A DNA stretch of 64,000 nucleotides, taken from positions 12,767 through 76,766 of the IMG/VR virus record IMGVR_UViG_3300012936_000006; one strand, given 5' to 3'. The DNA is from a virus. Position numbers and translations under genes: made by a program. Under the pieces are notes generated by a model. That model made no database searches. It had not been told where the DNA came from and saw only the letters and a list, made by a program, of their open reading frames with translations. The stretch's first letter is position 1; the number at the start of each line of letters is the position of its first letter. Below, in pieces: positions 10,242-19,282 of this stretch.

Positions 10242-11381
10242 ATGGCGAAAAATAATAAAAGCGCAGGCAAAATGTCTATTGCCGATATGCGTAGGATGAT
10301 TAATAAGAAACATGGTCAAAATGTAGCTTACAGCCTTGCCGAAGAAAACCCAACAGACGTTACAGATTTCATTCCCACCGGATCAAGGTGGCTAGATTCT
10401 ATTATCTGTAGGGGTAAATTGGGTGGTATTCCTGTAGGCAAGGTTAGTGAGATCGCTGGCTTGGAGGCAACAGGCAAGTCTTACATGGCAGCGCAGATTG
10501 CAGCGAACGCACAGAAGATGGGAATCGACGTTGTTTACTTTGATGCAGAATCAGCAATTTCTTCAGAGTTTCTGACAGCGGCTGGTTGCAACGCAGAAGA
10601 TATTTTATATGTTCAGGCTAGCTCAGTGGAATTTGTGTTGGAGACAATTGAAGATATTCTTTCGCAAGCAGAAAACAGAGTTCTTTTTGTATGGGATAGT
10701 TTAGCACTCACACCCAGCGAGACAGATATTGCGGGTGACTTTAACCCACTTTCATCGATGGCGGTTAAGCCACGAATCTTATCAAAGGGAATGTCTAAAC
10801 TGGTTCAGCCTATTGCTAATGCAGGGGCAACACTCCTAGTGTTAAATCAGTTGAAGACAAACATTACAAGCAATGTAGCTGAGGCAATGACAACTCCATA
10901 CTTCACGCCGGGAGGCAAGGCAATGCACTATACTTATAGTTTACGTGTCTGGCTAACTGGTCGTAAGGCTAAGGCTTCGTTCATCATGGATGATCGTGGT
11001 TTTCGAATTGGCTCAGAGGTAAAGGTCAAGCTAGAGAAATCTCGTTTTGGCACTGCTGGTCGTCAGTGCGCCTTTAAGATTCTATGGGGTGGAGAAGTCG
11101 GAATCCAAGACGAAGAGAGTTGGTTCGAAGCGGTTAAAAGCTCAACGCACCTAACATCTGCTGGTTCATGGTACACTCTAACACATGAAGACGGAACAAC
11201 TGAAAAGTTTCAGCCTGCTAAGTGGATGGATAAAATGTCTTCAGAGAAATTTAGAAATAGGATTCTTCAACTTATGGACGAAGAGGTTGTTTTAAAATTT
11301 GATCAGCGTCAGGGCGATGCTTTGACATATTATGATATTGATGGCGATGTAGAAAGTGAGCCCGAAGTTTCAGATAAATAA
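10242..11381 (+). CDS. recA: RecA/UvsX recombinase
   Basis: IPTGSxxLD, Walker A GLEATGKS, YFDAE, WDSL, NQL, TPGGKAMHY. Confidence 0.92.
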   Translation: MAKNNKSAGKMSIADMRRMINKKHGQNVAYSLAEENPTDVTDFIPTGSRWLDSIICRGKLGGIPVGKVSEIAGLEATGKSYMAAQIAANAQKMGIDVVYFDAESAISSEFLTAAGCNAEDILYVQASSVEFVLETIEDILSQAENRVLFVWDSLALTPSETDIAGDFNPLSSMAVKPRILSKGMSKLVQPIANAGATLLVLNQLKTNITSNVAEAMTTPYFTPGGKAMHYTYSLRVWLTGRKAKASFIMDDRGFRIGSEVKVKLEKSRFGTAGRQCAFKILWGGEVGIQDEESWFEAVKSSTHLTSAGSWYTLTHEDGTTEKFQPAKWMDKMSSEKFRNRILQLMDEEVVLKFDQRQGDALTYYDIDGDVESEPEVSDK

Positions 11382-11390
11382 ATTTTATGC

Positions 11391-11450
11391 TTGACAACTA
11401 GCCTTTAGTTGTGTATATTGTATATACATAGCTAAAGGCTTTATTTTTAA
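11391..11450 (+). promoter_or_regulatory. Sigma70 promoter overlapping a 19-bp hairpin/terminator
   Basis: TTGACA(11391)-17-TATATT(11414). Inverted repeat 11400-11418/11422-11440 followed by TTATTTTT. Confidence 0.7.
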
Positions 11451-11471
11451 ACAAGACCGTGGAGATCGGAT

Positions 11472-12455
11472 ATGACGAGCAAGGGCGACAAAAAGAGAGT
11501 GTTGGTTATTGACGCACTGAATATGTATTTCAGGGCTTATATAGTTGATCCATCTTTGTCTACAAATGGACAGCCAATCGGAGGTATGAAAGGTTTTTTA
11601 AAAATCCTTCAGAAGCTATGCAGAGATACAGACCCAGATCAGGTTGTTATCTGTTGGGACGGGGCAGGCGGCTCATCTCGTAGAAAGAGTACGGTTAAGG
11701 AGTATAAGGCAGGTAGAAAACCTATTCGACTAAACCGCAGCATTCGAAACTTATCGGAGAGCGAAGAGGTAGAAAATAAAATTTGGCAGCAAACACGATT
11801 GTTCGAGTATTTAAATTGCATGCCGATCATTCAACTCATGATAGATAATGTGGAAGCAGATGATATTATCTCTGCCGTAGTCCAACACCACACTCTCAAA
11901 GACTGTCAAAAGGTAATCGTATCTAGTGACAAAGATTTCTTTCAGTTGTGTGATGACACGACAATTCTTTTTAGACCGGTTCAGAAAGAGGTCTTAAATA
12001 AAATTAATATTATAGAAAAACACGGCATCCATCCTTTGAATTTTGCTCTTGCTCGGGCGATTGCTGGCGACAAGTCTGACAACTTGCCGGGAGTGCAAGG
12101 TGTAGGTCTGCCAACCGTGGCGAAAAGAATCCCTTTTCTATCTGATGAACGATCTGTGACAATTGATGAGGTCATAGAACACTGCAAGACAATGAGTGAA
12201 GAGACTGGACTGAAAGTTTTTTCAAATATAGTTGAACAAGAAGACATAGTTAGGTTAAACTATAAAATGATGCAGCTTTATATGCCCTCAATCCCGGTAC
12301 AAGGAAATCAGAAGATAGACAGTGCTTTGACTAGCTTTGAATATCACCTCAATAAGACAGAAGTACACAAAATGATGGTGTTCGATGGTTTCGGTGAGTG
12401 GAATTGGAGCGATCTGTTTCAAAAGCTAAAGAGAATTTCAGTAGAAAATAAATAG
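11472..12455 (+). CDS. 5'-3' exonuclease / flap endonuclease (PolI N-terminal, T4 RNase H-like)
   Basis: VLVIDALN, EADD, SSDKDFFQL, GDKSDNLPGVxGVG. Confidence 0.9.
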   Translation: MTSKGDKKRVLVIDALNMYFRAYIVDPSLSTNGQPIGGMKGFLKILQKLCRDTDPDQVVICWDGAGGSSRRKSTVKEYKAGRKPIRLNRSIRNLSESEEVENKIWQQTRLFEYLNCMPIIQLMIDNVEADDIISAVVQHHTLKDCQKVIVSSDKDFFQLCDDTTILFRPVQKEVLNKINIIEKHGIHPLNFALARAIAGDKSDNLPGVQGVGLPTVAKRIPFLSDERSVTIDEVIEHCKTMSEETGLKVFSNIVEQEDIVRLNYKMMQLYMPSIPVQGNQKIDSALTSFEYHLNKTEVHKMMVFDGFGEWNWSDLFQKLKRISVENK

Positions 12456-12465
12456 GAGATACAAC

Positions 12466-13872
12466 ATGACACCACCAGAAACTAGTTTTGCCAAATATGG
12501 CACAAGCTTTCAAGAAAATTTAGTTCATCTTATTTTTGAAGATCGAGCTTTCTCTGATCAGATTAGGGAAGTCTTGGACGTAGAATTTCTAGAAGTAAAA
12601 TATCTTCGTCTGTTTCTGGACAGGATGTTTACACACAGGGACAAGTATGGGGTTCACCCTTCAAGAGATGCAATGACTACCATGCTCAGGACCGAGCTTG
12701 ACGGAGAAAACGAAGTCGTTGTGAAGCAGACAAGGGAGTTCTACGCCAGAATTTTATCGGCAAAATCTAAAGTCAACGATGAGGAATATATTAAAAGTGT
12801 TTCTCTAGACTTTTGCAGAAAACAAAAATTAAAAGAAGCACTTCTTGAGTCAGCAGATCTTATTAATCGAGTTAGTGCAACGTCATACGATGAGGTCAGA
12901 AAAAAGATTGACTGTGCGCTCAAGCTGGGCAGTGAAAATAATTTTGGATATGATTACTTGGCAGACTTTGAAAAGCGGTTCGAGCTAAAGTGCAGAAACC
13001 CTATTTCTACTGGCTGGAAAAAGATTGACTCCATCACTCAAGGTGGCTTGGGGATCGGAGAGCTAGGTGTTGTTATCGCTCCTACTGGCGTTGGTAAATC
13101 TATGGTACTTGTTCATTTGGGAGCGGAAGCTCTAAAGGCTGGTAAGACTGTAGTTCACTACACGCTAGAACTCGGAGATACAGTAGTCGCATCTAGATAT
13201 GATAGCTGTATCACTGGCATCGGCTTGTCTGATCTTTTTACACACAAGGATGATATTTATGATCAAGTTAAAGATGTAACAGGTCGGCTAATCGTAAAAG
13301 AGTATCCTACAAAAACAGCCACAACAGCCACTTTGACTAACCACTTGGAAAAATTGATAGCCAGAGGAATTAAGCCTGATATGGTGTTGGTAGATTATGG
13401 TGATCTTCTTCGACCAATCGACAAAAGAAAAGAAAAAAGAAACGAGCTTGAGTCTATTTATGAAGAGATGCGAGCCATGGCACAGACTTACGAGTGTCCG
13501 GTCTGGACAGCATCTCAAACGAACAGGACAGGGTTAAATGCTGAGGTCATTACAATGGAATCTATTTCAGAGGCTTTTAATAAGTGCTTTGTGTCTGATT
13601 TCATCTGCACCATTTCCCGCACAATCGAAGACAAAAACACAAATGAGGGTCGAATGTTCGTAGCCAAGAACAGAAACGGACCAGATGGCATTGTGTTTCC
13701 TATTTTTATGGAGACTAGAAATGTTAATATCAAGGTGCTAGATCAATCTTCGGAGACACCTGCGTCGTTGGCGGCGAATGCCGCAAAAAGGCAAGCCGAA
13801 AGTTTAAAAGAAAAATATAAAAATTTCCGTACAGGGAGAAAGGATTTAAAAGGGGAGACAGATGTTCAATAG
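12466..13872 (+). CDS. dnaB: Replicative DNA helicase (DnaB/gp41-like)
   Basis: Walker A APTGVGKS, YTLE, VDYGDL, WTASQTNR, KNRNG. Confidence 0.9.
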   Translation: MTPPETSFAKYGTSFQENLVHLIFEDRAFSDQIREVLDVEFLEVKYLRLFLDRMFTHRDKYGVHPSRDAMTTMLRTELDGENEVVVKQTREFYARILSAKSKVNDEEYIKSVSLDFCRKQKLKEALLESADLINRVSATSYDEVRKKIDCALKLGSENNFGYDYLADFEKRFELKCRNPISTGWKKIDSITQGGLGIGELGVVIAPTGVGKSMVLVHLGAEALKAGKTVVHYTLELGDTVVASRYDSCITGIGLSDLFTHKDDIYDQVKDVTGRLIVKEYPTKTATTATLTNHLEKLIARGIKPDMVLVDYGDLLRPIDKRKEKRNELESIYEEMRAMAQTYECPVWTASQTNRTGLNAEVITMESISEAFNKCFVSDFICTISRTIEDKNTNEGRMFVAKNRNGPDGIVFPIFMETRNVNIKVLDQSSETPASLAANAAKRQAESLKEKYKNFRTGRKDLKGETDVQ

Positions 13873-16279
13873 AGAAGAGGTTTATAATTCCACACTGGAA
13901 TACTTTGGTGGAGATGAGTTAGCTACAAATGTCTGGATGACAAAGTATGCTTTGAAAGATAAAGAGGGGCAGTTTCAAGAAAAGACGCCTGCCGACATGC
14001 ACAAGAGGCTTGCCTCTGAGTTTGCAAGGGTCGAGAAGTTTCATAATTCTGGTCACGAGTTGTCAGAGGAACAAATTTATAATTACCTGAAGGACTTTAA
14101 ATATATTGTTCCGCAGGGTTCGCCAATGATGGGGATCGGAAACAATTATGTAAACGTGTCACTTTCTAACTGTGTGGTAGTGGCATCACCAGAAGATAAT
14201 ATTTCTTCTATTATTGATTCAGGAAAAGAGTTAGCAAATTTATTTAAGAGGCGTTGTGGAGTGGGCTTAGATATTTCTAACCTGCGACCAGACGGGGCGA
14301 GTGTTAATAATTCTGCTGGAACTACGACAGGTGCGTGGTCCTTTGCAGATTTTTATTCTTATGTCTGTCGAATGATCGGGCAGAACGGTCGCCGGGGTGC
14401 TCTAATGATTACCATGGATGTTCGCCACCCAGACATTGAGCAGTTTGTCACCATGAAGCATGACTTGACGAAGGTCACAGGTGCAAATGTCTCTATCAAA
14501 ATGAGCGATGATTTCATGGAAGCTGTTCGAGACAATCGAACTTTCACTTTGCAATTCCCAATCGGCTCCGACGCTCCGACACACACGAAAGAAATTGATG
14601 CATCTGCCCTGTGGGATACAATCGTAGAGTCTGCGACTAAGACAGCCGAACCCGGATTGCTGATGTGGGGTAATATTGAAAAGACCCTACCGGCAGAATG
14701 TTATGCAGACGTTGGTTTTAAAACTATCTGCACCAACCCGTGTGCTGAGATTCCTTTATCGGCTTATGATAGTTGCCGCCTCATTTCTATCAATTTAAAA
14801 AACCTAGTTACTAATCCATTTACAGAATCTGCTGCTTTTGATTATAAAAAGTTTTCCGAAGTTGTAAAGGCTGGTATGAGACTGTCAGATGACTTGGTGA
14901 CTCTTGAGTCTGAAAAGTTGGATGGCATCATTGATGCATGTGACACAGAAGACGAAGTAGTTCTTTGGAAGAAATTAAAAACTGCTGCGCTTGATGGTCG
15001 TCGAACCGGACTAGGAACTCATGGGTTGGCAGATGCGCTATCAAGGCTTACGTTAGCGTATGATTCTGACGAGGCGATCCAAACAGTCACCCAAATTTAC
15101 AGCACTCTCAGGAATGAGGCATATAGAGAAAGTGTAATTCTGGCAAGGGAGCGTGGAGCCTTCCCAGTGTTCGACTCTAGCAAGGAAATGTCAAATGAAT
15201 TTTTGAGAGAATTGCCTGACGATATTCGGATGATGATGCACGAGTATGGGCGTAGAAATATCTCTATCCTAACAAACGCTCCGACGGGCTCTGTGTCTAT
15301 TATGTCTCAGACTAGTTCAGGTCTAGAGCCTGTATTCAGAAACTCTTATATTCGCCGCAGAAAACTAGAAACGGCTGAATACTCAGATACAGATTTTGTA
15401 GATGAGCTTGGGGATCACTGGAAAGAGTTCGAGGTATTTCATCATAATGTTCAGGAGTATTTTGATCTCAATGATGATGCTACCGAGCTACCCGCTTTCT
15501 TCACTGAGAGCGATCAAATTGATTGGCTGAAAAGAATCGAGATTCAGTCAGCTATTCAAAAGAATATTGATCACGCAATTAGTTCTACAATTAATTTGCC
15601 AAAAGAAACCCCCACGTCTGTAGTGTCTGAATTGTATTTAGAAGCTTGGAAGCAGGGCTTGAAGGGTGTTACTATTTATGTTGACGGTAGTCGCAGCGGT
15701 GTTCTTGTTACTAATGATGAGACCACAGAAGATTTCCCACAGCACAGCGCACCCAAGAGACCAGAGCTTTTAGACTGTGACATTCACCACACAACCATTC
15801 AAGGCGAGAAGTGGCTAGTTTTAGTTGGGCTGATGGATGATAAACCCTACGAAGTTTTGGCTGGTCAGGCTAGTCTTATTGAGATTCCAAAGCGGTACAC
15901 GAAGGGTAGTTTGACAAAAACTATTTTTAAGACAAAAAACAACAGATATGACTTGACTTTTGGATACAATGGTGATAGTATTACAGTGAAAGATGTGGTT
16001 AAGGCATTTGACAATCCGACAGATGCAGCGTTTACCCGCATGATTTCACTAGGTTTGCGTCACGGTGCGGAGGTGAGGTTTATGGTTGAGCAATTGCAGA
16101 AAGATAAAGAAAGCGACATGTTTTCTTTTTCAAAATGCATTGCAAGGATTTTAAAAAATTATATTAAGGATGGAGAGGTTCCTAGCGACAAGGTTTGTTC
16201 CGAGTGTGGATCAGAATCTCTTATATATCAGGATGGCTGTGTGACTTGCAGTTCTTGTGGTTACGCAAAGTGTGGATAA
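13862..16279 (+). CDS. nrdJ: Class II (adenosylcobalamin-dependent) ribonucleotide reductase
   Basis: PQGSP, LSNC, QNGRRGA, TNPCAEI, APTGSVS, ISSTIN, KGVTIYxDGSR; C-terminal TSCPD domain and zinc ribbon. Confidence 0.9.
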   Translation: MFNREEVYNSTLEYFGGDELATNVWMTKYALKDKEGQFQEKTPADMHKRLASEFARVEKFHNSGHELSEEQIYNYLKDFKYIVPQGSPMMGIGNNYVNVSLSNCVVVASPEDNISSIIDSGKELANLFKRRCGVGLDISNLRPDGASVNNSAGTTTGAWSFADFYSYVCRMIGQNGRRGALMITMDVRHPDIEQFVTMKHDLTKVTGANVSIKMSDDFMEAVRDNRTFTLQFPIGSDAPTHTKEIDASALWDTIVESATKTAEPGLLMWGNIEKTLPAECYADVGFKTICTNPCAEIPLSAYDSCRLISINLKNLVTNPFTESAAFDYKKFSEVVKAGMRLSDDLVTLESEKLDGIIDACDTEDEVVLWKKLKTAALDGRRTGLGTHGLADALSRLTLAYDSDEAIQTVTQIYSTLRNEAYRESVILARERGAFPVFDSSKEMSNEFLRELPDDIRMMMHEYGRRNISILTNAPTGSVSIMSQTSSGLEPVFRNSYIRRRKLETAEYSDTDFVDELGDHWKEFEVFHHNVQEYFDLNDDATELPAFFTESDQIDWLKRIEIQSAIQKNIDHAISSTINLPKETPTSVVSELYLEAWKQGLKGVTIYVDGSRSGVLVTNDETTEDFPQHSAPKRPELLDCDIHHTTIQGEKWLVLVGLMDDKPYEVLAGQASLIEIPKRYTKGSLTKTIFKTKNNRYDLTFGYNGDSITVKDVVKAFDNPTDAAFTRMISLGLRHGAEVRFMVEQLQKDKESDMFSFSKCIARILKNYIKDGEVPSDKVCSECGSESLIYQDGCVTCSSCGYAKCG

Positions 16280-16293
16280 ATTTAAAAAAACTA

Positions 16294-16322
16294 TTGACAA
16301 GCACCAACTAAGGTGCTATAAT
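16294..16322 (+). promoter_or_regulatory. Consensus sigma70 promoter
   Basis: TTGACA-17-TATAAT with extended TG. Confidence 0.75.
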
Positions 16323-16350
16323 AATATCACAACCAAAAAGGAGAACTCTT

Positions 16351-16602
16351 ATGAGTGATAACAATAAGAAAACTACAGACGAGTACATCGAGTCTTATAT
16401 TAAATCAGTTGCTGCGCTTGAAGAAGCACAGGAGCCTTTTAAGGAGCAGCGTCGTGATCTCCGTAAGGAGTATGAAGACAACGGTTGGTTGTCTAAGGAT
16501 GAGCAACGTCTTGCTGTGAAGGCTTGGAGGCTTATTAAGAACGAAGAAGACATGGAACAGCTTCTAGACTTCTATGAGAAAGTTGCATCGATTCGTCGAT
16601 AA
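16351..16602 (+). CDS. GapR/DUF2312-like small DNA-binding protein
   Basis: SYIKSVAALEEAQ...RDLRKEYEDNG...AVKAWRL helical pattern resembles UPF0335/GapR and T4 DsbA. Confidence 0.45.
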   Translation: MSDNNKKTTDEYIESYIKSVAALEEAQEPFKEQRRDLRKEYEDNGWLSKDEQRLAVKAWRLIKNEEDMEQLLDFYEKVASIRR

Positions 16603-16612
16603 GGAGTTGATT

Positions 16613-16897
16613 ATGTTTGTACCTTTGAATAGACGAATACTGATCGAGCCAGTATCAGAAGAGAGAGAAGAGTCTTTCGTACTAGTGCCAGAGACTGCCA
16701 AGGTGCAACCCGCCCACTCACTTGTAAAGGTGGTGGGCGTTGCCTTTGACTGTGAAAAGTTTAATGGTGAGGTGGGTTCTACCCTCGTTGTCGATGCTTC
16801 AATGATTGAAGAGATTAATGTCGGTAAAAGAGTTTACAATGTCATCCTAGAAAACCATGTAATTGGTCTCGTTTATGAAGAGAAGACGGAGGAATAA
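16613..16897 (+). CDS. groES: GroES-like co-chaperonin
   Basis: PLNRRILIEP, LVPET, VVGVA, VILENHVIG; start moved to the ATG after AAGGAG. Confidence 0.7.
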   Translation: MFVPLNRRILIEPVSEEREESFVLVPETAKVQPAHSLVKVVGVAFDCEKFNGEVGSTLVVDASMIEEINVGKRVYNVILENHVIGLVYEEKTEE

Positions 16898-16903
16898 TGT
16901 TTA

Positions 16904-17440
16904 ATGAATTTATCGGAATTAATTTGTGCGGCGGTAATGTCGCTTGGAATCCCAAACTCTGATTTTGCTTGCGAGAAGATGGATCTAGTTGTACAGGAGT
17001 CTGAAAAAAACAACGTAGAGCCAGAAGTCATGGTTGCCCTGATTCAAACAGAGAGTAACTGGACACCAAGAGCGGTTAGTCATGCCTATGCATGTGGTCT
17101 GACTCAAGTCATTCCAAAGTATACTGGCAGTCGAGCTTCTGGTGGTGTCAAATATACTTGCAGCCAGTTAAAGGTTGCTGACACATCCATCATCGCAGGC
17201 ACTAAAATTTTTAGTTATTGGTTGCACAATTATGGCAAATGTAAGACTGGCGAGTGTCGTATAAAGCATTACAGAATCGGTCTCTGTGGTTACAATGCGG
17301 GATACAGATGTAAGGGTGATAACCCAAACAGAAGTGGAAGGCATTATGCCAGCAAGGTTTTAAAGAGAGCCGATAGAATAAAAAAAAGAATGAGAAAGAT
17401 AAAAGCTGATGCCGAGCGGAAGAGTATTGATGAACGATGA
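16904..17440 (+). CDS. Lytic transglycosylase (SLT domain)
   Basis: ALIQTESNW, ACGLTQV, YNAG, YASKV. Confidence 0.8.
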   Translation: MNLSELICAAVMSLGIPNSDFACEKMDLVVQESEKNNVEPEVMVALIQTESNWTPRAVSHAYACGLTQVIPKYTGSRASGGVKYTCSQLKVADTSIIAGTKIFSYWLHNYGKCKTGECRIKHYRIGLCGYNAGYRCKGDNPNRSGRHYASKVLKRADRIKKRMRKIKADAERKSIDER

Positions 17441-18137
17441 AGGTCAGTTATTTGCTGACGAGATCGTGGTGGGTTGCAACATTGCATCTCTAAGGTTTGC
17501 CGAGGAAAATAACATTCCAGTTATTTACACGGGTCAGGATTTCCCAAACTTTTTTGAAGAAGATTCGATTGAAGATTTTACAGAGCTTTGTTTTAATCTT
17601 TCGCTTACCGGTCTCCTTCCCTTTGGGGATATGGCTGACTCGATGAGGGTTGATGTGGACTTGCAAGTTTTATCAGTCTTTTGCGGAGCAAAGAGATATA
17701 ATGTTTTTTATGAAAAGATTTTTATATTTTCTGACAAGAACATTGAGGGTTTGCCCGAACCAAAAAAGAAGAACAAGCAGTACAAGGTTTTAGATTGGTT
17801 GGATTTGACCAGTTCGACAGAGCACAACGAAGCTATCTACACCGACTCCGAGTTTGTTAAGAATATTTATTTCTACCCAAGCTTGAGAACTTCTCGAAAA
17901 GGTTTTGCTGATGCGGTCGCTGTCTCATTTTTATCAGAAGAGCAGTTGAATGATCCCAACCTATGTGATTCTTATGCTCGTTTAAAGTCGATTAGTTTAA
18001 TGTCTAGTGCTGGTATTCTTGGCACAAAGATGGGTAGCGGTAGGCACAGACCGCTGAAGGTAAGCCACTCTCACAGGGAGGTGATCGCTGTGGGTAAAAA
18101 CGAGTACGAAGAACTTCCAAACATAGAGTTCAGATGA
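17430..18137 (+). CDS. Hypothetical protein, possible degenerate FAD/Rossmann fold
   Basis: N-terminal EIVVGCNIASL beta-alpha unit; ATGA-coupled to the next gene. Confidence 0.4.
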   Translation: MNDEGQLFADEIVVGCNIASLRFAEENNIPVIYTGQDFPNFFEEDSIEDFTELCFNLSLTGLLPFGDMADSMRVDVDLQVLSVFCGAKRYNVFYEKIFIFSDKNIEGLPEPKKKNKQYKVLDWLDLTSSTEHNEAIYTDSEFVKNIYFYPSLRTSRKGFADAVAVSFLSEEQLNDPNLCDSYARLKSISLMSSAGILGTKMGSGRHRPLKVSHSHREVIAVGKNEYEELPNIEFR

Positions 18138-19039
18138 TTGAAGCCGTTAACAAGGGACCAAACCTGTTTCATCTAGCCGGGATAATACCAGTCGCTGGTC
18201 AGCAATTGGAATTTAATTTCCCTTGGCACCCGAGTTTGAATCCAATAAATAAAGATTATCTAGCATTACAGAGGGCAGCTTACGAGTGTGCTATGGCTGG
18301 GTGTGAAACGATTTGGGTTGTCTGCCACATGGAAACACAACCCTTGGTTAGAAATGTTTTGGGAGAGTGGGTTACAGACCCCGTATCCATTGGTCGAGGC
18401 TTTTATCAGTCTGATAACGTGCGAAGAGTGCCAATCTACTATGTCCCAGTCCACCCGAAGGATCGCCAAAAGCGTGACAGCTTGGGTTGGTCTGTTTTAT
18501 ATGGAGCACTTTCAGCTTATTGGGTAAGTAGAAAGATGAGCAAGTGGTTGACCCCGGACATGTATTATGCGTGTTTTCCTTACGGGGTGTATCCTGTAGA
18601 GGTTTTAAAACAGGAGCGAAAAAAAATTTCCAGCAGAAAAAAATTTTTATTAAATTATAAAGGTCAGACCATCAAAGACGGGTTGCCCATAGGATTTACG
18701 TTTGATGGTGAGGATTTTAAAAATTGTCGCAGATTTGTTAGGCAAGAAAGCACATCTCTTTTTAATTCGGAGGGCAACCGATTGTCGATGAAAGAAAGAT
18801 ACAGTGCTAGAAACTTTTCCCTTGACAAAGTTTTTGAATGTGTTAATATAGAGGACGCAAATAAAGTTGAGGTGCCTTGGTATCATGACATTTCGACTTG
18901 GCAAGGTTATGCGGAGTGCATTGCTTCAGATAAAAAACTAGTAAAACCGAAGGAGTTAAAATATAATGAGTGGAACACAATTCGATCTGATTGGAATAGA
19001 TCCGAAGGCGAAGGGTCGGACGACGGAAACGAAGATTGA
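18134..19039 (+). CDS. Nucleotidyltransferase (GT-A/NTP-transferase)-like protein
   Basis: LAGIIPVAG start, AGCETIWVV, SLGWSVLYG, WYHDISTW; canonical GxGxR is degenerate. Confidence 0.5.
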   Translation: MIEAVNKGPNLFHLAGIIPVAGQQLEFNFPWHPSLNPINKDYLALQRAAYECAMAGCETIWVVCHMETQPLVRNVLGEWVTDPVSIGRGFYQSDNVRRVPIYYVPVHPKDRQKRDSLGWSVLYGALSAYWVSRKMSKWLTPDMYYACFPYGVYPVEVLKQERKKISSRKKFLLNYKGQTIKDGLPIGFTFDGEDFKNCRRFVRQESTSLFNSEGNRLSMKERYSARNFSLDKVFECVNIEDANKVEVPWYHDISTWQGYAECIASDKKLVKPKELKYNEWNTIRSDWNRSEGEGSDDGNED

Positions 19040-19274
19040 GCATTATTATAATCAAGTACCTTATCATCACAAGGAGCATGTAAGCTTTCCCTATAGATAT
19101 GATAATTTATCAGTAGATCAAAAGTTTTTTGTTGACAGTTTGTTTGAAACCTGTTATATTAGTTTTGATGAAGATGAGATACAGACAGTTGAAGAAGAGG
19201 TAACCAGCCTCACAGAGTATGTAGACGAAATCAAAACATCAGTTAACAATTTACTAAACGTACTATCCAAATAG
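18966..19274 (+). CDS. Hypothetical protein (uncertain start)
   Basis: ORF overlaps the upstream gene and contains a promoter; C-terminal coiled coil. Confidence 0.3.
   Translation: MSGTQFDLIGIDPKAKGRTTETKIEHYYNQVPYHHKEHVSFPYRYDNLSVDQKFFVDSLFETCYISFDEDEIQTVEEEVTSLTEYVDEIKTSVNNLLNVLSK
19132..19160 (+). promoter_or_regulatory. Sigma70-type promoter upstream of dnaE
   Basis: TTGACA-17-TATATT with extended TG. Confidence 0.6.
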
Positions 19275-19282
19275 GAGAACAC

